A stretch of 64,000 nucleotides of DNA, from NCBI GenBank assembly GCA_963977055.1, contig CAXBMX010000019.1:28504-92503 (forward strand). The letters are read 5' to 3'. Of the stretch, positions 30,205 through 39,773 are shown piece by piece (within the stretch, counting starts at the first letter, position 1; every line of letters starts with the position of its first letter). Position numbers and translations under genes: made by a program. The DNA comes from an uncultured Verrucomicrobiales bacterium (GTDB lineage: Bacteria; Verrucomicrobiota; Verrucomicrobiia; Verrucomicrobiales; DEV007). Below the pieces are notes generated by a model, which saw nothing but the letters and a program-made list of their open reading frames with translations, was not told the origin of the DNA and ran no database searches.

Positions 30205-31332
30205 TTGAATATTAGTTCGCTTCATCTCTGGGCCCCCGGATTCACTGAGTTCGGAGGTGGAATCACCGCTTTCAGCCGAGAACTGGCATCAGCGCTAAAG
30301 CCGGATATTCACGACTTGCGTTTGTTTGGAAAAAAAGACCACTCAGGCGTATGGAGCGGCATTCCGCTTCAGGGGACCGGGGGTGTTCCTGGACGGCTCC
30401 AATCGCCCGCATTTGCCGGAAAGCTAATTTTGAATGGTTGGGTAGAGCCACCACAACTGGTAGTCAGCACTCACCTCAATTTTGGTCCAGCCGCGGCTCT
30501 GCTCAAAAAGCACCGAAATACCCCATACATCCTAGTCGCTCATGGGGTCGATGTTCATCCCAACCTATCCAAGAGTCGGTTATCTGCTATTCGACAAGCC
30601 GATTGCATCCTCGCAGTCAGTGAATGGACTCGCCAAAAAGTCATTGCACTTGGAGGGGTGGATTCTGATCGAATTGGAGTTTTGCCTAACACATACGATG
30701 AAGATCGTTTCACTCCTAAAGCAAAGTCTGAGGAACTTCTCCAGCGCTATGATATTAATGAGAGCGATCAAGTTGTCCTGACTGTTGCCCGCATTGAAAA
30801 AGCAGAAGGCTACAAGGGACACGATCTCGTCATGAAGGCCGTCTCAACACTTCTCTCATCGGGCCAATCGGTGAAACTCATTGTAGTCGGAAAAGGCAAT
30901 GATAAGGAGCGGTTGGTGCAAATGGCAGACGATCTTGGAATTCGCGCCTCTGTTTCTTTCACCGGATTCGTCCCGGACGAAGAACTCGCCGCCCACTACC
31001 AACTGGCAGACGTATTTGCCATGCCTAGCTCAGGAGAAGGGTTTGGCATCGTTTTCCTCGAATCAATGGGTTGCGGCACTCCAGTCCTGGCCGGAAATCG
31101 CGACGGTTCAGTGGATGCCTTGGACGGCGGCCGCCTCGGCGTGCTCGTCGACCCTTCCTCCGCCGATGAAATCACTCGTGGGCTCAACCAACTCCTCCAA
31201 AATGAAGGCCCCAAGCTATGGTCCAATCGGGAGGAACTCTCGAGCGAGGTGCGTCAAACATTCGGGCGAACCGCTTTTCGCGACAGATTGAATTCTCACC
31301 TCTCCCAACTGAGCATAAACCCGGCAGTATAA
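30205..31332 (+). CDS. Glycosyltransferase family 4
   Basis: VAHGVD, LTVARI, YKGHD, DVFAMPSSGEGFGIVFLESMGCGTPV. Confidence 0.9.
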   Translation: MNISSLHLWAPGFTEFGGGITAFSRELASALKPDIHDLRLFGKKDHSGVWSGIPLQGTGGVPGRLQSPAFAGKLILNGWVEPPQLVVSTHLNFGPAAALLKKHRNTPYILVAHGVDVHPNLSKSRLSAIRQADCILAVSEWTRQKVIALGGVDSDRIGVLPNTYDEDRFTPKAKSEELLQRYDINESDQVVLTVARIEKAEGYKGHDLVMKAVSTLLSSGQSVKLIVVGKGNDKERLVQMADDLGIRASVSFTGFVPDEELAAHYQLADVFAMPSSGEGFGIVFLESMGCGTPVLAGNRDGSVDALDGGRLGVLVDPSSADEITRGLNQLLQNEGPKLWSNREELSSEVRQTFGRTAFRDRLNSHLSQLSINPAV

Positions 31333-33134
31333 TGTGTGGAATCGGAGGATGGATTGGAGAGCGCAAAAGTTGGGACGCACGAGAAATGGTCGATGCGCTA
31401 AAGCATCGAGGGCCGGATGGCCACGGCATCTGGACGAGCAATGAGGCGTGCCTTGTCCACACACGCTTGGCCATCCTCGACTTGAGTACCAAGGCCACTC
31501 AGCCGATGACGTTTCCGGCCGCCCCCTCCACTACGAATTCAAATGCCCATGTGTTAGCGTTTAATGGGGAAATCTACAATTTTCGTAAACTGAGGGAGGA
31601 GCTCAAGGGTTCCGGTGAAGTATTTCAAAGCGATTCGGATACAGAAGTTCTGCTTCGATTACTTGTCCGTGAAGGCTCCGCGTGCCTGCCCAAGCTTCAC
31701 GGAATGTTCGCTTTTGCCTATTGGGACGGCCTGAATAAACGTGCCCTTCTCGCCAGAGACCCCTTTGGAATCAAACCACTCTATTATCGCAACCTGAATA
31801 GCACCCTCGAATTTGCCTCAGAGGTCAAAGCACTGCGCAAAGGCAATGAAAAAATCGATGCCGATACTGTTCGGGATTTTTTATTATGGGGAACCTCTCC
31901 GGAACCTGGAACGCTGTTCCAATCTATTCGCCAACTCCCTGCTGGACACCTCCTGAGATGGGAAAATGGTAAGGTCAATATCGAACCGTGGAACAAGCTG
32001 GAATTTCAAACTCACCACTCAGACGAGAAGCCGGAACGGATCGCTCGCAAAGCACTTCAGGAAAGCGTTGCACGACATTTAGTCAGCGACGTGCCGGTTG
32101 GGTTTTTCCTAAGTGGTGGAATCGACTCGACGGCACTTCTCGCTTTAGCCAGAGAACACCTAGGCCCTACCGCTGACATTCGAACTTTCTCTATTGGGTT
32201 TAGCAATCCCGAATTCGATGAGTCTTCTGCGGCCCGTCAAACCGCCGAACACTTTGGGGCCCTTCATACTGAGTGGCAAATGACTTCAAATGATGCCCGC
32301 CTCGAGATTCCTGAATTTCTCGCAGCATCCGACCAGCCCACCATCGACGGATTCAATACCTGGTGCGTCAGCAAACTCGCCAGAAAGCACGGCGTGAAAG
32401 TGGTCATCTCTGGACTGGGTGGAGATGAGCTGGCAGCCGGTTACAATTCCTTTCGCCGTGTTCCAAATTTAATGCGGGCCCACCGCGCGTTGGGCTACAG
32501 TAGGCCACTCGCTGCCAATCTGTTGAAACGCCTCCCTCTGGGTAGTCCGTGGCAGCGACTAGCATCATTCTTCGAGGCTCCGGAGCCGTCGTGGCTCCAT
32601 GCTTTTCATGCTCAGCGCGGCATTTTCACTCCTTCTGAAGCGGTTCAGCTGACAGAATCCATTTGCGACATAAAGACTGAGCCCCCTGATTTTGACTGGA
32701 ATGCGCCCGTGATGAATCCACGTGACACCGTGAGTTTTCTTGAACTAACCCGCTACATGCGCAATCAGCTTCTGCGAGATAGCGATATATTTTCGATGGC
32801 GCACGGCCTTGAACTCAGAGTTCCGCTAGTCGACCAACACCTCTTTTCCAAACTTTCTAAGATTCCCACAGAGTCCAGGCTTCGCGACGGAAAACAATTA
32901 ATACTGGATGCCGTTCCTGAAATTCCAAGCTGGGTAAGAAACCGGCCTAAGAAGGGATTTCGATTCCCATTTCAATCCTGGATGGAATCAAATTTTGGTG
33001 ATCTGCTTGAACGGACCGAGCATATTTCAACAACGATCCCTCTCACCGCGTGGTATCGAAAATGGGCGGTCGCCATTTTACTACAAAATATCGACCATCA
33101 ACCGATTACGTCCCACTCTTCCGATGTCGATTGA
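31332..33134 (+). CDS. asnB: Asparagine synthase-like glutamine amidotransferase
   Basis: N-terminal MCGI (Ntn Cys), HRGPDG, FNGEIYN, ARDPFGIKPLYY, FLSGGIDS, SGLGGDE, ELRVPLVD, KKGFRFP. TAATG overlap with the upstream GT. Confidence 0.92.
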   Translation: MCGIGGWIGERKSWDAREMVDALKHRGPDGHGIWTSNEACLVHTRLAILDLSTKATQPMTFPAAPSTTNSNAHVLAFNGEIYNFRKLREELKGSGEVFQSDSDTEVLLRLLVREGSACLPKLHGMFAFAYWDGLNKRALLARDPFGIKPLYYRNLNSTLEFASEVKALRKGNEKIDADTVRDFLLWGTSPEPGTLFQSIRQLPAGHLLRWENGKVNIEPWNKLEFQTHHSDEKPERIARKALQESVARHLVSDVPVGFFLSGGIDSTALLALAREHLGPTADIRTFSIGFSNPEFDESSAARQTAEHFGALHTEWQMTSNDARLEIPEFLAASDQPTIDGFNTWCVSKLARKHGVKVVISGLGGDELAAGYNSFRRVPNLMRAHRALGYSRPLAANLLKRLPLGSPWQRLASFFEAPEPSWLHAFHAQRGIFTPSEAVQLTESICDIKTEPPDFDWNAPVMNPRDTVSFLELTRYMRNQLLRDSDIFSMAHGLELRVPLVDQHLFSKLSKIPTESRLRDGKQLILDAVPEIPSWVRNRPKKGFRFPFQSWMESNFGDLLERTEHISTTIPLTAWYRKWAVAILLQNIDHQPITSHSSDVD

Positions 33135-33138
33135 ATTG

Positions 33139-34314
33139 ATGAAAGTACTTCACGTCATCCCCTCTCTTTCTCCTGCACATGGGGGCCCAAGCAAGGCACT
33201 TCCGCTGATGGCAGAGGCTCTGTCGGCAGAAGGCGTTGAAGTGACCATCGTGACCACTGACGATGACGGGCCCGGGAGGCGTCTACCCCAGCCCGTCGAA
33301 TTTCCGGAAAACACGGACTTTGGTCCGATCTGGAGATTTCCGAAACAAACTGAATTTTACAAAGTTTCGTTTCCCCTCTCGAAGTGGATAAGGCGGCACA
33401 TTAATGAATTCGACGTCGTTCATGTGCACGCTCTCTTTTCATACACCAGCGTGGCTGCCGCCCGCATTGCCAGAAAAGCTGGAGTGCCTTACATCATTCG
33501 CCCGCTCGGCGTCCTGAACTCGTATGGGATCTCCAATCGCCGCAAACTGCTGAAGAAGCTCTCTATCCGACGGATTGAAGCCCCTCTCTTAAGAGACGCC
33601 GCCGCCATGCATTTCACGAGCAACGCGGAGAAAATTGAAGCGGAAGAGCTAAGCATCCCCATGCGCCCAAGGATTATTCCTCTGGGCATTCCCATCGCCG
33701 CCTCGACAGAGGACAGCCATGATCCCCCTTGTCGGGAAACGCCCTACGTTCTCTTTCTTTCCCGCGTTGATCCCAAGAAAAATCTGGAATCACTTTTTAA
33801 AGCGTGGGCCGATCTTGACGATGTCGATCAGAACAAGTGGGACCTTCGAATTGCCGGCGACGGTCCTCCTGACTACGTCACTTCACTCAAATCGCTAGCA
33901 GAGAATCTGGGCATTTCAGATTCGGTTTTCTGGGAAGGGTATGTCAGTGGGTCCGACAAGGATCGATTGCTGCGAGAGGCCAGTGTTTTCGCCTTGCCTT
34001 CTTACTCTGAGAATTTTGGTATCGCCGCAGTTGAGGCAATGGGGTTTGGTCTACCATCCTTGATCGGAAAGGGGGTTGCCGTAGGCGAGGAGGCAGTAGA
34101 TGATCACGCATGTTTACTCACCGACCCATCCCCTGAAAGCGTGCGGGACCAATTACAAAGGCTCCTCGACGACAAAAATTTAAGATCATCGCTAGGCAAA
34201 GCCGCGAAAGCGTTCGTCGAACGTGAATACAGCTTGGAGAGAATGGGGCGAGCACTTTCCGACCTATATGCGGAGCTTACATCCCCCGCGCACGAATCTC
34301 ATGGATCTGAATAG
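33139..34314 (+). CDS. Glycosyltransferase family 4
   Basis: MKVLHVIPSLSPAHGGPS, VHVHALFS, FLSRVDPKKN, PSYSENFGIAAVEAM. Confidence 0.9.
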   Translation: MKVLHVIPSLSPAHGGPSKALPLMAEALSAEGVEVTIVTTDDDGPGRRLPQPVEFPENTDFGPIWRFPKQTEFYKVSFPLSKWIRRHINEFDVVHVHALFSYTSVAAARIARKAGVPYIIRPLGVLNSYGISNRRKLLKKLSIRRIEAPLLRDAAAMHFTSNAEKIEAEELSIPMRPRIIPLGIPIAASTEDSHDPPCRETPYVLFLSRVDPKKNLESLFKAWADLDDVDQNKWDLRIAGDGPPDYVTSLKSLAENLGISDSVFWEGYVSGSDKDRLLREASVFALPSYSENFGIAAVEAMGFGLPSLIGKGVAVGEEAVDDHACLLTDPSPESVRDQLQRLLDDKNLRSSLGKAAKAFVEREYSLERMGRALSDLYAELTSPAHESHGSE

Positions 34315-35071
34315 TATCACCCCTGTCATCATCACATGGAACGAGGAACCCAATATAGAGCGTTGCCTTGAGCGCCTGCAATGGGCCCAGGAGATCCTTG
34401 TTGTCGACAGCGGGAGTACTGACAGGACCCTGGAACTGTGCCGTTCCAATTCCAAGGTCAACGTATTGACCCGAGAGTTTGATGACTTCGCCAACCAGGT
34501 CAATTTTGGTATCGAACGCGTTACGACTCCCTGGGTTCTTACTCTCGACGCCGACTTCATTCTCTCAGAGCAATTTCCCGACGAGTTGCAGTCAATTCCC
34601 AAAGATTGTCCAGAAGCCGGATTCAAATCCCGATTCGTCTACTGTATTGAAGGTGCGCCCCTCCGCGGAACACTCTACCCACCACGAACCGTGCTATTCA
34701 GAAAGGGTTCACCAACATACGTTCAAGACGGTCACGGACATCGACTCATCAATGACGAACCCTCCCGACTCCTTGAAACTAGGATCGAACATGATGACCG
34801 CAAGCCTCTCGATCGCTGGTTCAGTTCTCAGGCGAATTACGCCAAACAAGAAGCTTCAAAGTTGAGCCAACCTTCATCTGAAAAATTGCCGATACAGGAT
34901 CGATTGAGACAGCAGATTTGGCCCATGGTTCCCGTCATATTTATCTACACTCTTATCGGGAAAGGGGTCATCCTCGACGGATGGAAGGGCTGGTTCTACG
35001 CACTCCAGCGCACCTATGCGGAATTGCTGCTGTCATTGGAACTTCTCAAGATCAAGTTGGGTGTAGATTAG
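34301..35071 (+). CDS. Glycosyltransferase family 2
   Basis: ITWNEEPNIERCL, VVDSGSTD, WVLTLDAD, IEHDDRK. Confidence 0.9.
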   Translation: MDLNSITPVIITWNEEPNIERCLERLQWAQEILVVDSGSTDRTLELCRSNSKVNVLTREFDDFANQVNFGIERVTTPWVLTLDADFILSEQFPDELQSIPKDCPEAGFKSRFVYCIEGAPLRGTLYPPRTVLFRKGSPTYVQDGHGHRLINDEPSRLLETRIEHDDRKPLDRWFSSQANYAKQEASKLSQPSSEKLPIQDRLRQQIWPMVPVIFIYTLIGKGVILDGWKGWFYALQRTYAELLLSLELLKIKLGVD

Positions 35072-35179
35072 TCGGGGAAATACGACGTTACTCGCCCATG
35101 ATCAATTGGCCTTTCTTCAAGCCACCTGTGCGATTCGGGTGGCTCGGGGTTTCGCCGATTGAACAAAGCCGCCGCAACC

Positions 35180-35731
35180 ATGCAAAAAGTCTCACTAAGG
35201 GAATATTCGACCAAGGGCTACGATTCTGGCCCTCGTTGGCGCCGCACTGTCTGGCTTCTTATTAGCAGAGTCTTTTTTGAAAGTTTTTTCCCGTGGCCGT
35301 CTTCTTTCAAATCTTCAATCCTCCGTCTCTACGGCGCAAATATTGGCTCAAGGGTAGTCATTAAGCCGCAAGTCAAATTCAAATACCCATGGCATCTCGA
35401 TATCGGCGATGATTGTTGGATCGGCGAGCAGGTCTGGATTGACAACGTGGCTCACGTGTCACTTTCGGACAATGTGGTTCTTTCTCAAGGCGCTTACCTG
35501 CTCACCGGAAACCATGACTATAACTCCAGGACCTTCGATTTAACCGCTGCACCCATTTCGATTGAAAGTGGCGCCTGGATTGCCGCGATGGCAATTGTTG
35601 GACCTGGAACTCTTGTGAAAAGGCTCGCCGTAGTTTGCGCAGGTTCCGTAGCTACGGGAGAGTTATCCGAGTGCGGGGTTTACCGGGGCAACCCAGCTTC
35701 CCAAATTCATATCCGGAAAATTTTGGACTGA
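35180..35731 (+). CDS. wcaF: WcaF-like hexapeptide acetyltransferase
   Basis: ILRLYGANIG, KYPWHLDIGDDCWIGEQVWIDN, SQGAYLLTGNHDY, YRGNPA. Confidence 0.88.
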   Translation: MQKVSLREYSTKGYDSGPRWRRTVWLLISRVFFESFFPWPSSFKSSILRLYGANIGSRVVIKPQVKFKYPWHLDIGDDCWIGEQVWIDNVAHVSLSDNVVLSQGAYLLTGNHDYNSRTFDLTAAPISIESGAWIAAMAIVGPGTLVKRLAVVCAGSVATGELSECGVYRGNPASQIHIRKILD

Positions 35732-36083
35732 TACAAGGGGAAGTGCTCTGGATTAACAATCCTTCCTACCCATCTTCTCATTGATGCCCATAGTTTGGGG
35801 CACACCCGGTGTCCGAGTTGCATTTACCTGGCGATCACAATCGACCTTCATCTAGTCACATTTGGGGCGGTGCATTCACCAAAAGAAAATGAATCAAAGT
35901 TGGCGTTCAATTCAATATGGCCCGAAACTTCATTCCTCAGGCAATGAATCTGGTAACGGGTTTATCAAGCAAGAAGGAGCGAATTGAATTAAACTGCTGG
36001 CCAGCGGAATCGCTCTCTAGACCAAGCGCCGGAAACCCGCCCAACCGTCTGAATCGGCGCTGGACCAGTCCAGCTAACTCCCC

Positions 36084-36869
36084 ATGAAATCAATGCTTTT
36101 TGGCTCACCTTTAAGATATTGGTGGCTGGCTGCGGCCGCCATCCTTCTGATTGAGGGTGGAGTCCATTTGTGGCTCAAGCCCGAACAGAGTCAATGGGAC
36201 TCGGTGGCAGTGTTGGAGCTCAATATTCCTGATCTTGCAATCATTTCGGAATCAGGATCCGTGAACCTGCCGGACGGAGGGGGCAGCTCTCATGGTGTTG
36301 AAACACAGTTTCGATTTCACAACCAGCCGGAACGGCTCGAAAGTGCCAATCAACAACTTTCCTTTGCCGGCGGAACCTGTGGGGTTTTCCTTCCCAATGA
36401 CAATCCAACCCTATCGACTCCAGCCCTTGAACTCTTTTACTTTGAGTACGACGCGGGTAATCCACGCTTCATCCACGATGTATTCGGTCACGCCCCTGAA
36501 GTTTGCATGAAGGCAATTGGTGCAGAACTGCGAGCCAACCATCCATCACGCATAATTAGCGTGGGCGACTCCTCAATCCCAGTCAGAGTCATTGAATTCG
36601 AAACTCCTTCTCTGCCCTCTCCTCTCTGGGTATTCAAACTAACCTGGGTACCCGAAGAGGCCCCCTATCAGCCCGACGACAGCGCTTCTTCGCTACGCAG
36701 AGAAAAAATCCTCGCCGGTGTCCTTGGAAACCCCAGACCTCCGGCAAGGGTCATTCTCGTTGGAGCACGAAACTTCGATAGTGTCGATGCGGCATGGCGA
36801 GCCTATCAAGCGATTGTCGTAGATCACCTTTCGCTAAAGCAACAGAACGAGTATCCGAAGTCGACCTAG
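36084..36869 (+). CDS. Exosortase-associated EpsI-like protein
   Basis: N-terminal TM, then a soluble domain with HAPEVCMKAIG (HxPExC); lies two genes before the exosortase. Confidence 0.65.
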   Translation: MKSMLFGSPLRYWWLAAAAILLIEGGVHLWLKPEQSQWDSVAVLELNIPDLAIISESGSVNLPDGGGSSHGVETQFRFHNQPERLESANQQLSFAGGTCGVFLPNDNPTLSTPALELFYFEYDAGNPRFIHDVFGHAPEVCMKAIGAELRANHPSRIISVGDSSIPVRVIEFETPSLPSPLWVFKLTWVPEEAPYQPDDSASSLRREKILAGVLGNPRPPARVILVGARNFDSVDAAWRAYQAIVVDHLSLKQQNEYPKST

Positions 36870-36889
36870 ACCTTAACTGCAGCACTTCC

Positions 36890-36941
36890 AAACCATTATT
36901 TCAGACCCATTTCAGGTTCTGGGATAATGGTTTTATTTTTT
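36890..36941 (+). terminator. Long hairpin plus T tract (intrinsic-terminator-like)
   Basis: AAACCATTAT (36890-99) / ATAATGGTTT (36924-33) with an inner CAGACC/GGTTCTG stem, followed by TATTTTTT. Confidence 0.5.
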
Positions 36942-37048
36942 GATTTGAATGCCAAAACGGCGACCCAGTAATGTTCCAATCTGACGACTACAATCAATTT
37001 TTTCTGTCGCGAAACCTCCAGTCAGGGTGAATCTTTCCTGATACTCTT

Positions 37049-38785
37049 ATGACTCTCAAAAAATGGCATTGGATGGCAGCTATTGCTGGCGTCCTCCTAA
37101 TCGCATTCAGCACGGCGGCCTTCATCAAAAGAAAAGGCATCAAATACCACGTGAGCTCATGGCGAGCCACAGGGCTACTGGGTGATGCCCAAGAGGCATC
37201 TGAAAAGGGGAACTGGCGGGAATCTGAACGCCTCGCCCTTGCTGCGTGGCAGCTGAATCAGGGTAACTACGAAGTCTTGATCCAACTCTATCGATCCGCT
37301 CTTAAACAAAAGTCGCAATACCTTCTCGCGACAGCCCGAATGGTCTTCAAACACCCCGAATCCAATTTCAATGATCGAATTGAGGCCTTAAACATTTTTC
37401 TTCAAGTTGGAGATTTGGTGACATTCAAAAGCCTGTTTTCCGAATTGCCTAATGAGGAACAAGATTTTCCCGAAGCAATGGCACTGGGAGTCAAGTATCT
37501 GATGGCGAGGAGCGACTTTCCACGAGCCCTCACTCTGGTTGAGGAGCTATTGAGAATGCGCGGGAATGATAGCGACAAACTTTTCAAGGCAAGAATTCTT
37601 GCTCGTATTGAAAGTGGGAACAAATCAATGACTGATGAAACTCAACGTCTCATAGTCGAACTTTTTCATTCAGACTCTGATCTTTCGATTGCCCTCAGTG
37701 CGTTTTCCATTCTTAAACAAATCCCAAAAGGGGACTGGCAATTGGAAAGATTCGTCGACGCCAATGATAGGTTAGTTGCGATTGAGAAAACACGAGAGGT
37801 ACCAGTCCAGCTCTGGCTACTAGCTTTCGAAATCGAACTGGCCTTCTCCCCATCTGGCCAGAAAACAATAGTTGATCAAGCCATATCAGACTGGCAGGAC
37901 TCGGAGCCGGCTCCCCTATGCAGTTGGCTCCTCTCTCTGGGTGAAGCTGATCGCGTCATCTCGTTGATCTCGTTGGAAAGAGCCCGGGCGTCAGAAAGTC
38001 TTTTCCGGCTCCTGGTGCAAGCAAACATTGCCCTGAATGACTGGGCTACCGCCCAGAAGCTCCTCGACCAACCCCACCCTAAAATGCGTTTTTCGATCGT
38101 TTACGGATTAAAGGCCGCGATCAAATCTCAACAAGGAGAGCATGCAGAAAGTGATGTGTTATGGTCCCGGGCTTTGAATCAGGCGGAGCTTTCCACCGGA
38201 CAGTCAACACTATTAGATCTCGCGAAACTGGCATCAAAATCAGGAAACAGCGACATTCGCAACAGAGCAATGACGGAGGCCTTAAGACGTCCTAGCGCCG
38301 TCAATCTCCCCGTCTCAGAAGTGTCCTTTCTGTTTTCGGACCTTGCTTCAGAAAACGAATCAGAAAATTTGCTAACGGTCAGTCGAAACCTTCTTATGAC
38401 TGACCCCCAAAACCCCGTCTTGATTAATAATGTTGTCTGGCTGGAACTAATTACCCAATCTTCTCGGAAAAATCTGGCTAAAGTCATGGAAAGTCTCGTT
38501 GCAAAGCATCCGAAAATGAATGAATTGAGATCCACACTTGCGTTGGCTTTTATTCAAGAGGGCAAGGTAAAGGATGCCGTTCCGGTCCTTGGGCCTATTA
38601 TCAACGAAGTATCGAAGGGACAAGCTTCAGGAAGCTCAGATCAGGCGGTTGTAGCTCTGGCCTTGGCAAAAAACGGTGATCGTTTACGCGCCAAAGCATT
38701 GTTTCAGGGAATCGATTGGAGCCAAATGATGGAAATCGAAAGACAATTTTTTCAGAAACAGATCTCTGCAACGCTTGAACCCTGA
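37049..38785 (+). CDS. Membrane-anchored TPR/alpha-solenoid protein associated with the exosortase
   Basis: N-terminal TM, Ala/Leu-rich helical repeats, TPR-like DPQNPVLINNVVWLEL and LRSTLALAFIQEG. Confidence 0.65.
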   Translation: MTLKKWHWMAAIAGVLLIAFSTAAFIKRKGIKYHVSSWRATGLLGDAQEASEKGNWRESERLALAAWQLNQGNYEVLIQLYRSALKQKSQYLLATARMVFKHPESNFNDRIEALNIFLQVGDLVTFKSLFSELPNEEQDFPEAMALGVKYLMARSDFPRALTLVEELLRMRGNDSDKLFKARILARIESGNKSMTDETQRLIVELFHSDSDLSIALSAFSILKQIPKGDWQLERFVDANDRLVAIEKTREVPVQLWLLAFEIELAFSPSGQKTIVDQAISDWQDSEPAPLCSWLLSLGEADRVISLISLERARASESLFRLLVQANIALNDWATAQKLLDQPHPKMRFSIVYGLKAAIKSQQGEHAESDVLWSRALNQAELSTGQSTLLDLAKLASKSGNSDIRNRAMTEALRRPSAVNLPVSEVSFLFSDLASENESENLLTVSRNLLMTDPQNPVLINNVVWLELITQSSRKNLAKVMESLVAKHPKMNELRSTLALAFIQEGKVKDAVPVLGPIINEVSKGQASGSSDQAVVALALAKNGDRLRAKALFQGIDWSQMMEIERQFFQKQISATLEP

Positions 38786-38803
38786 GCAAAGTTGCTAAAT
38801 CAA

Positions 38804-39736
38804 ATGAGCAAAGAATCAACAATGACGGCCGGTGAAGGCAGTCTCGCCAGGAACTTCATTCCGTTTTGGGTATTTCTGGGACTTTGGTTTGGACAACTGT
38901 TTCTTTCTCTGATTCCCAGCTGGGCAGACGGCACCTACTACGACTACGGCTTTTTGGTGCCACCAATCGCTGTGATGATGTTCCTCGGGAGATGGAATGA
39001 AATCGTTCCAAAATCTGATTATCAAAGAATCCTCTCCTCGATCGCAAATACTTTACGATCACCGGTGATCTGGTTTTTCGGAATCGCAGCCCTAGTGGCC
39101 GTTACTTTACTAAGACTGATTGAATCCGTTGATTCCGGATGGAGAGTCCCGCTTTATTTGCATTGGGTGATCGTATGGGCATTCGTAGGGCTGCTTTTTT
39201 CGCGGTTCCTCACTCCTCGAGAAACGCTCCAATTCACACCAATTCTGGTACTGACGCTTCTGGGTATCCCTCTGCCATCATTCATCGAACACTCATTGAT
39301 CCAGGGGCTCACAGATCAGGTAATCGAAACTTCTGTCGCATTAAACAGGTTTGGTGGATATCCCCTGGATATTTCGGGACAAACAATATTCGCCAATGGA
39401 ATCCCGCTCCGTGTCAGCGACGGTTGTAGCGGAATTCGGTCCTTTCAGAGCAGTATATTCGCAGGATTTGTCATAGGAGAACTCCTTCGACTGAAATGGT
39501 TCATAAGAATTTTTCTGATTATCGCCGGAGGGACCGTCGCTTTTCTAGGAAATTGCGCCCGCGTCGTATTTCTCGTTAAGCACGTATTTGACCACGGGGA
39601 TGTTGACCTTCAGAAGCTGCACGATATCAGCGGATATGTTTCGCTTACCCTGACCTTGGTTGTGATACTTGGAATTGGTTTCATTCTGGAGCGTTACAAG
39701 TTCGCTGCCAGCAAGAATCACAGTCGCACTCAGTAG
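38804..39736 (+). CDS. xrt: Exosortase (EpsH/archaeosortase family)
   Basis: Multi-TM; YYDYGFLVPP; putative catalytic Cys (VSDGCSGIRS), Arg (GNCARV) and His (LHDISG). Confidence 0.9.
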   Translation: MSKESTMTAGEGSLARNFIPFWVFLGLWFGQLFLSLIPSWADGTYYDYGFLVPPIAVMMFLGRWNEIVPKSDYQRILSSIANTLRSPVIWFFGIAALVAVTLLRLIESVDSGWRVPLYLHWVIVWAFVGLLFSRFLTPRETLQFTPILVLTLLGIPLPSFIEHSLIQGLTDQVIETSVALNRFGGYPLDISGQTIFANGIPLRVSDGCSGIRSFQSSIFAGFVIGELLRLKWFIRIFLIIAGGTVAFLGNCARVVFLVKHVFDHGDVDLQKLHDISGYVSLTLTLVVILGIGFILERYKFAASKNHSRTQ

Positions 39737-39773
39737 ATTCAAGTAGCTATCACAGTCAAAACGAGTAGCCGCC

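Noticed and set aside
35732-36083. 350-bp gap between wcaF and the EpsI-like gene
   Set aside because: No credible ORF, relic, repeat or sigma54 motif found by eye.
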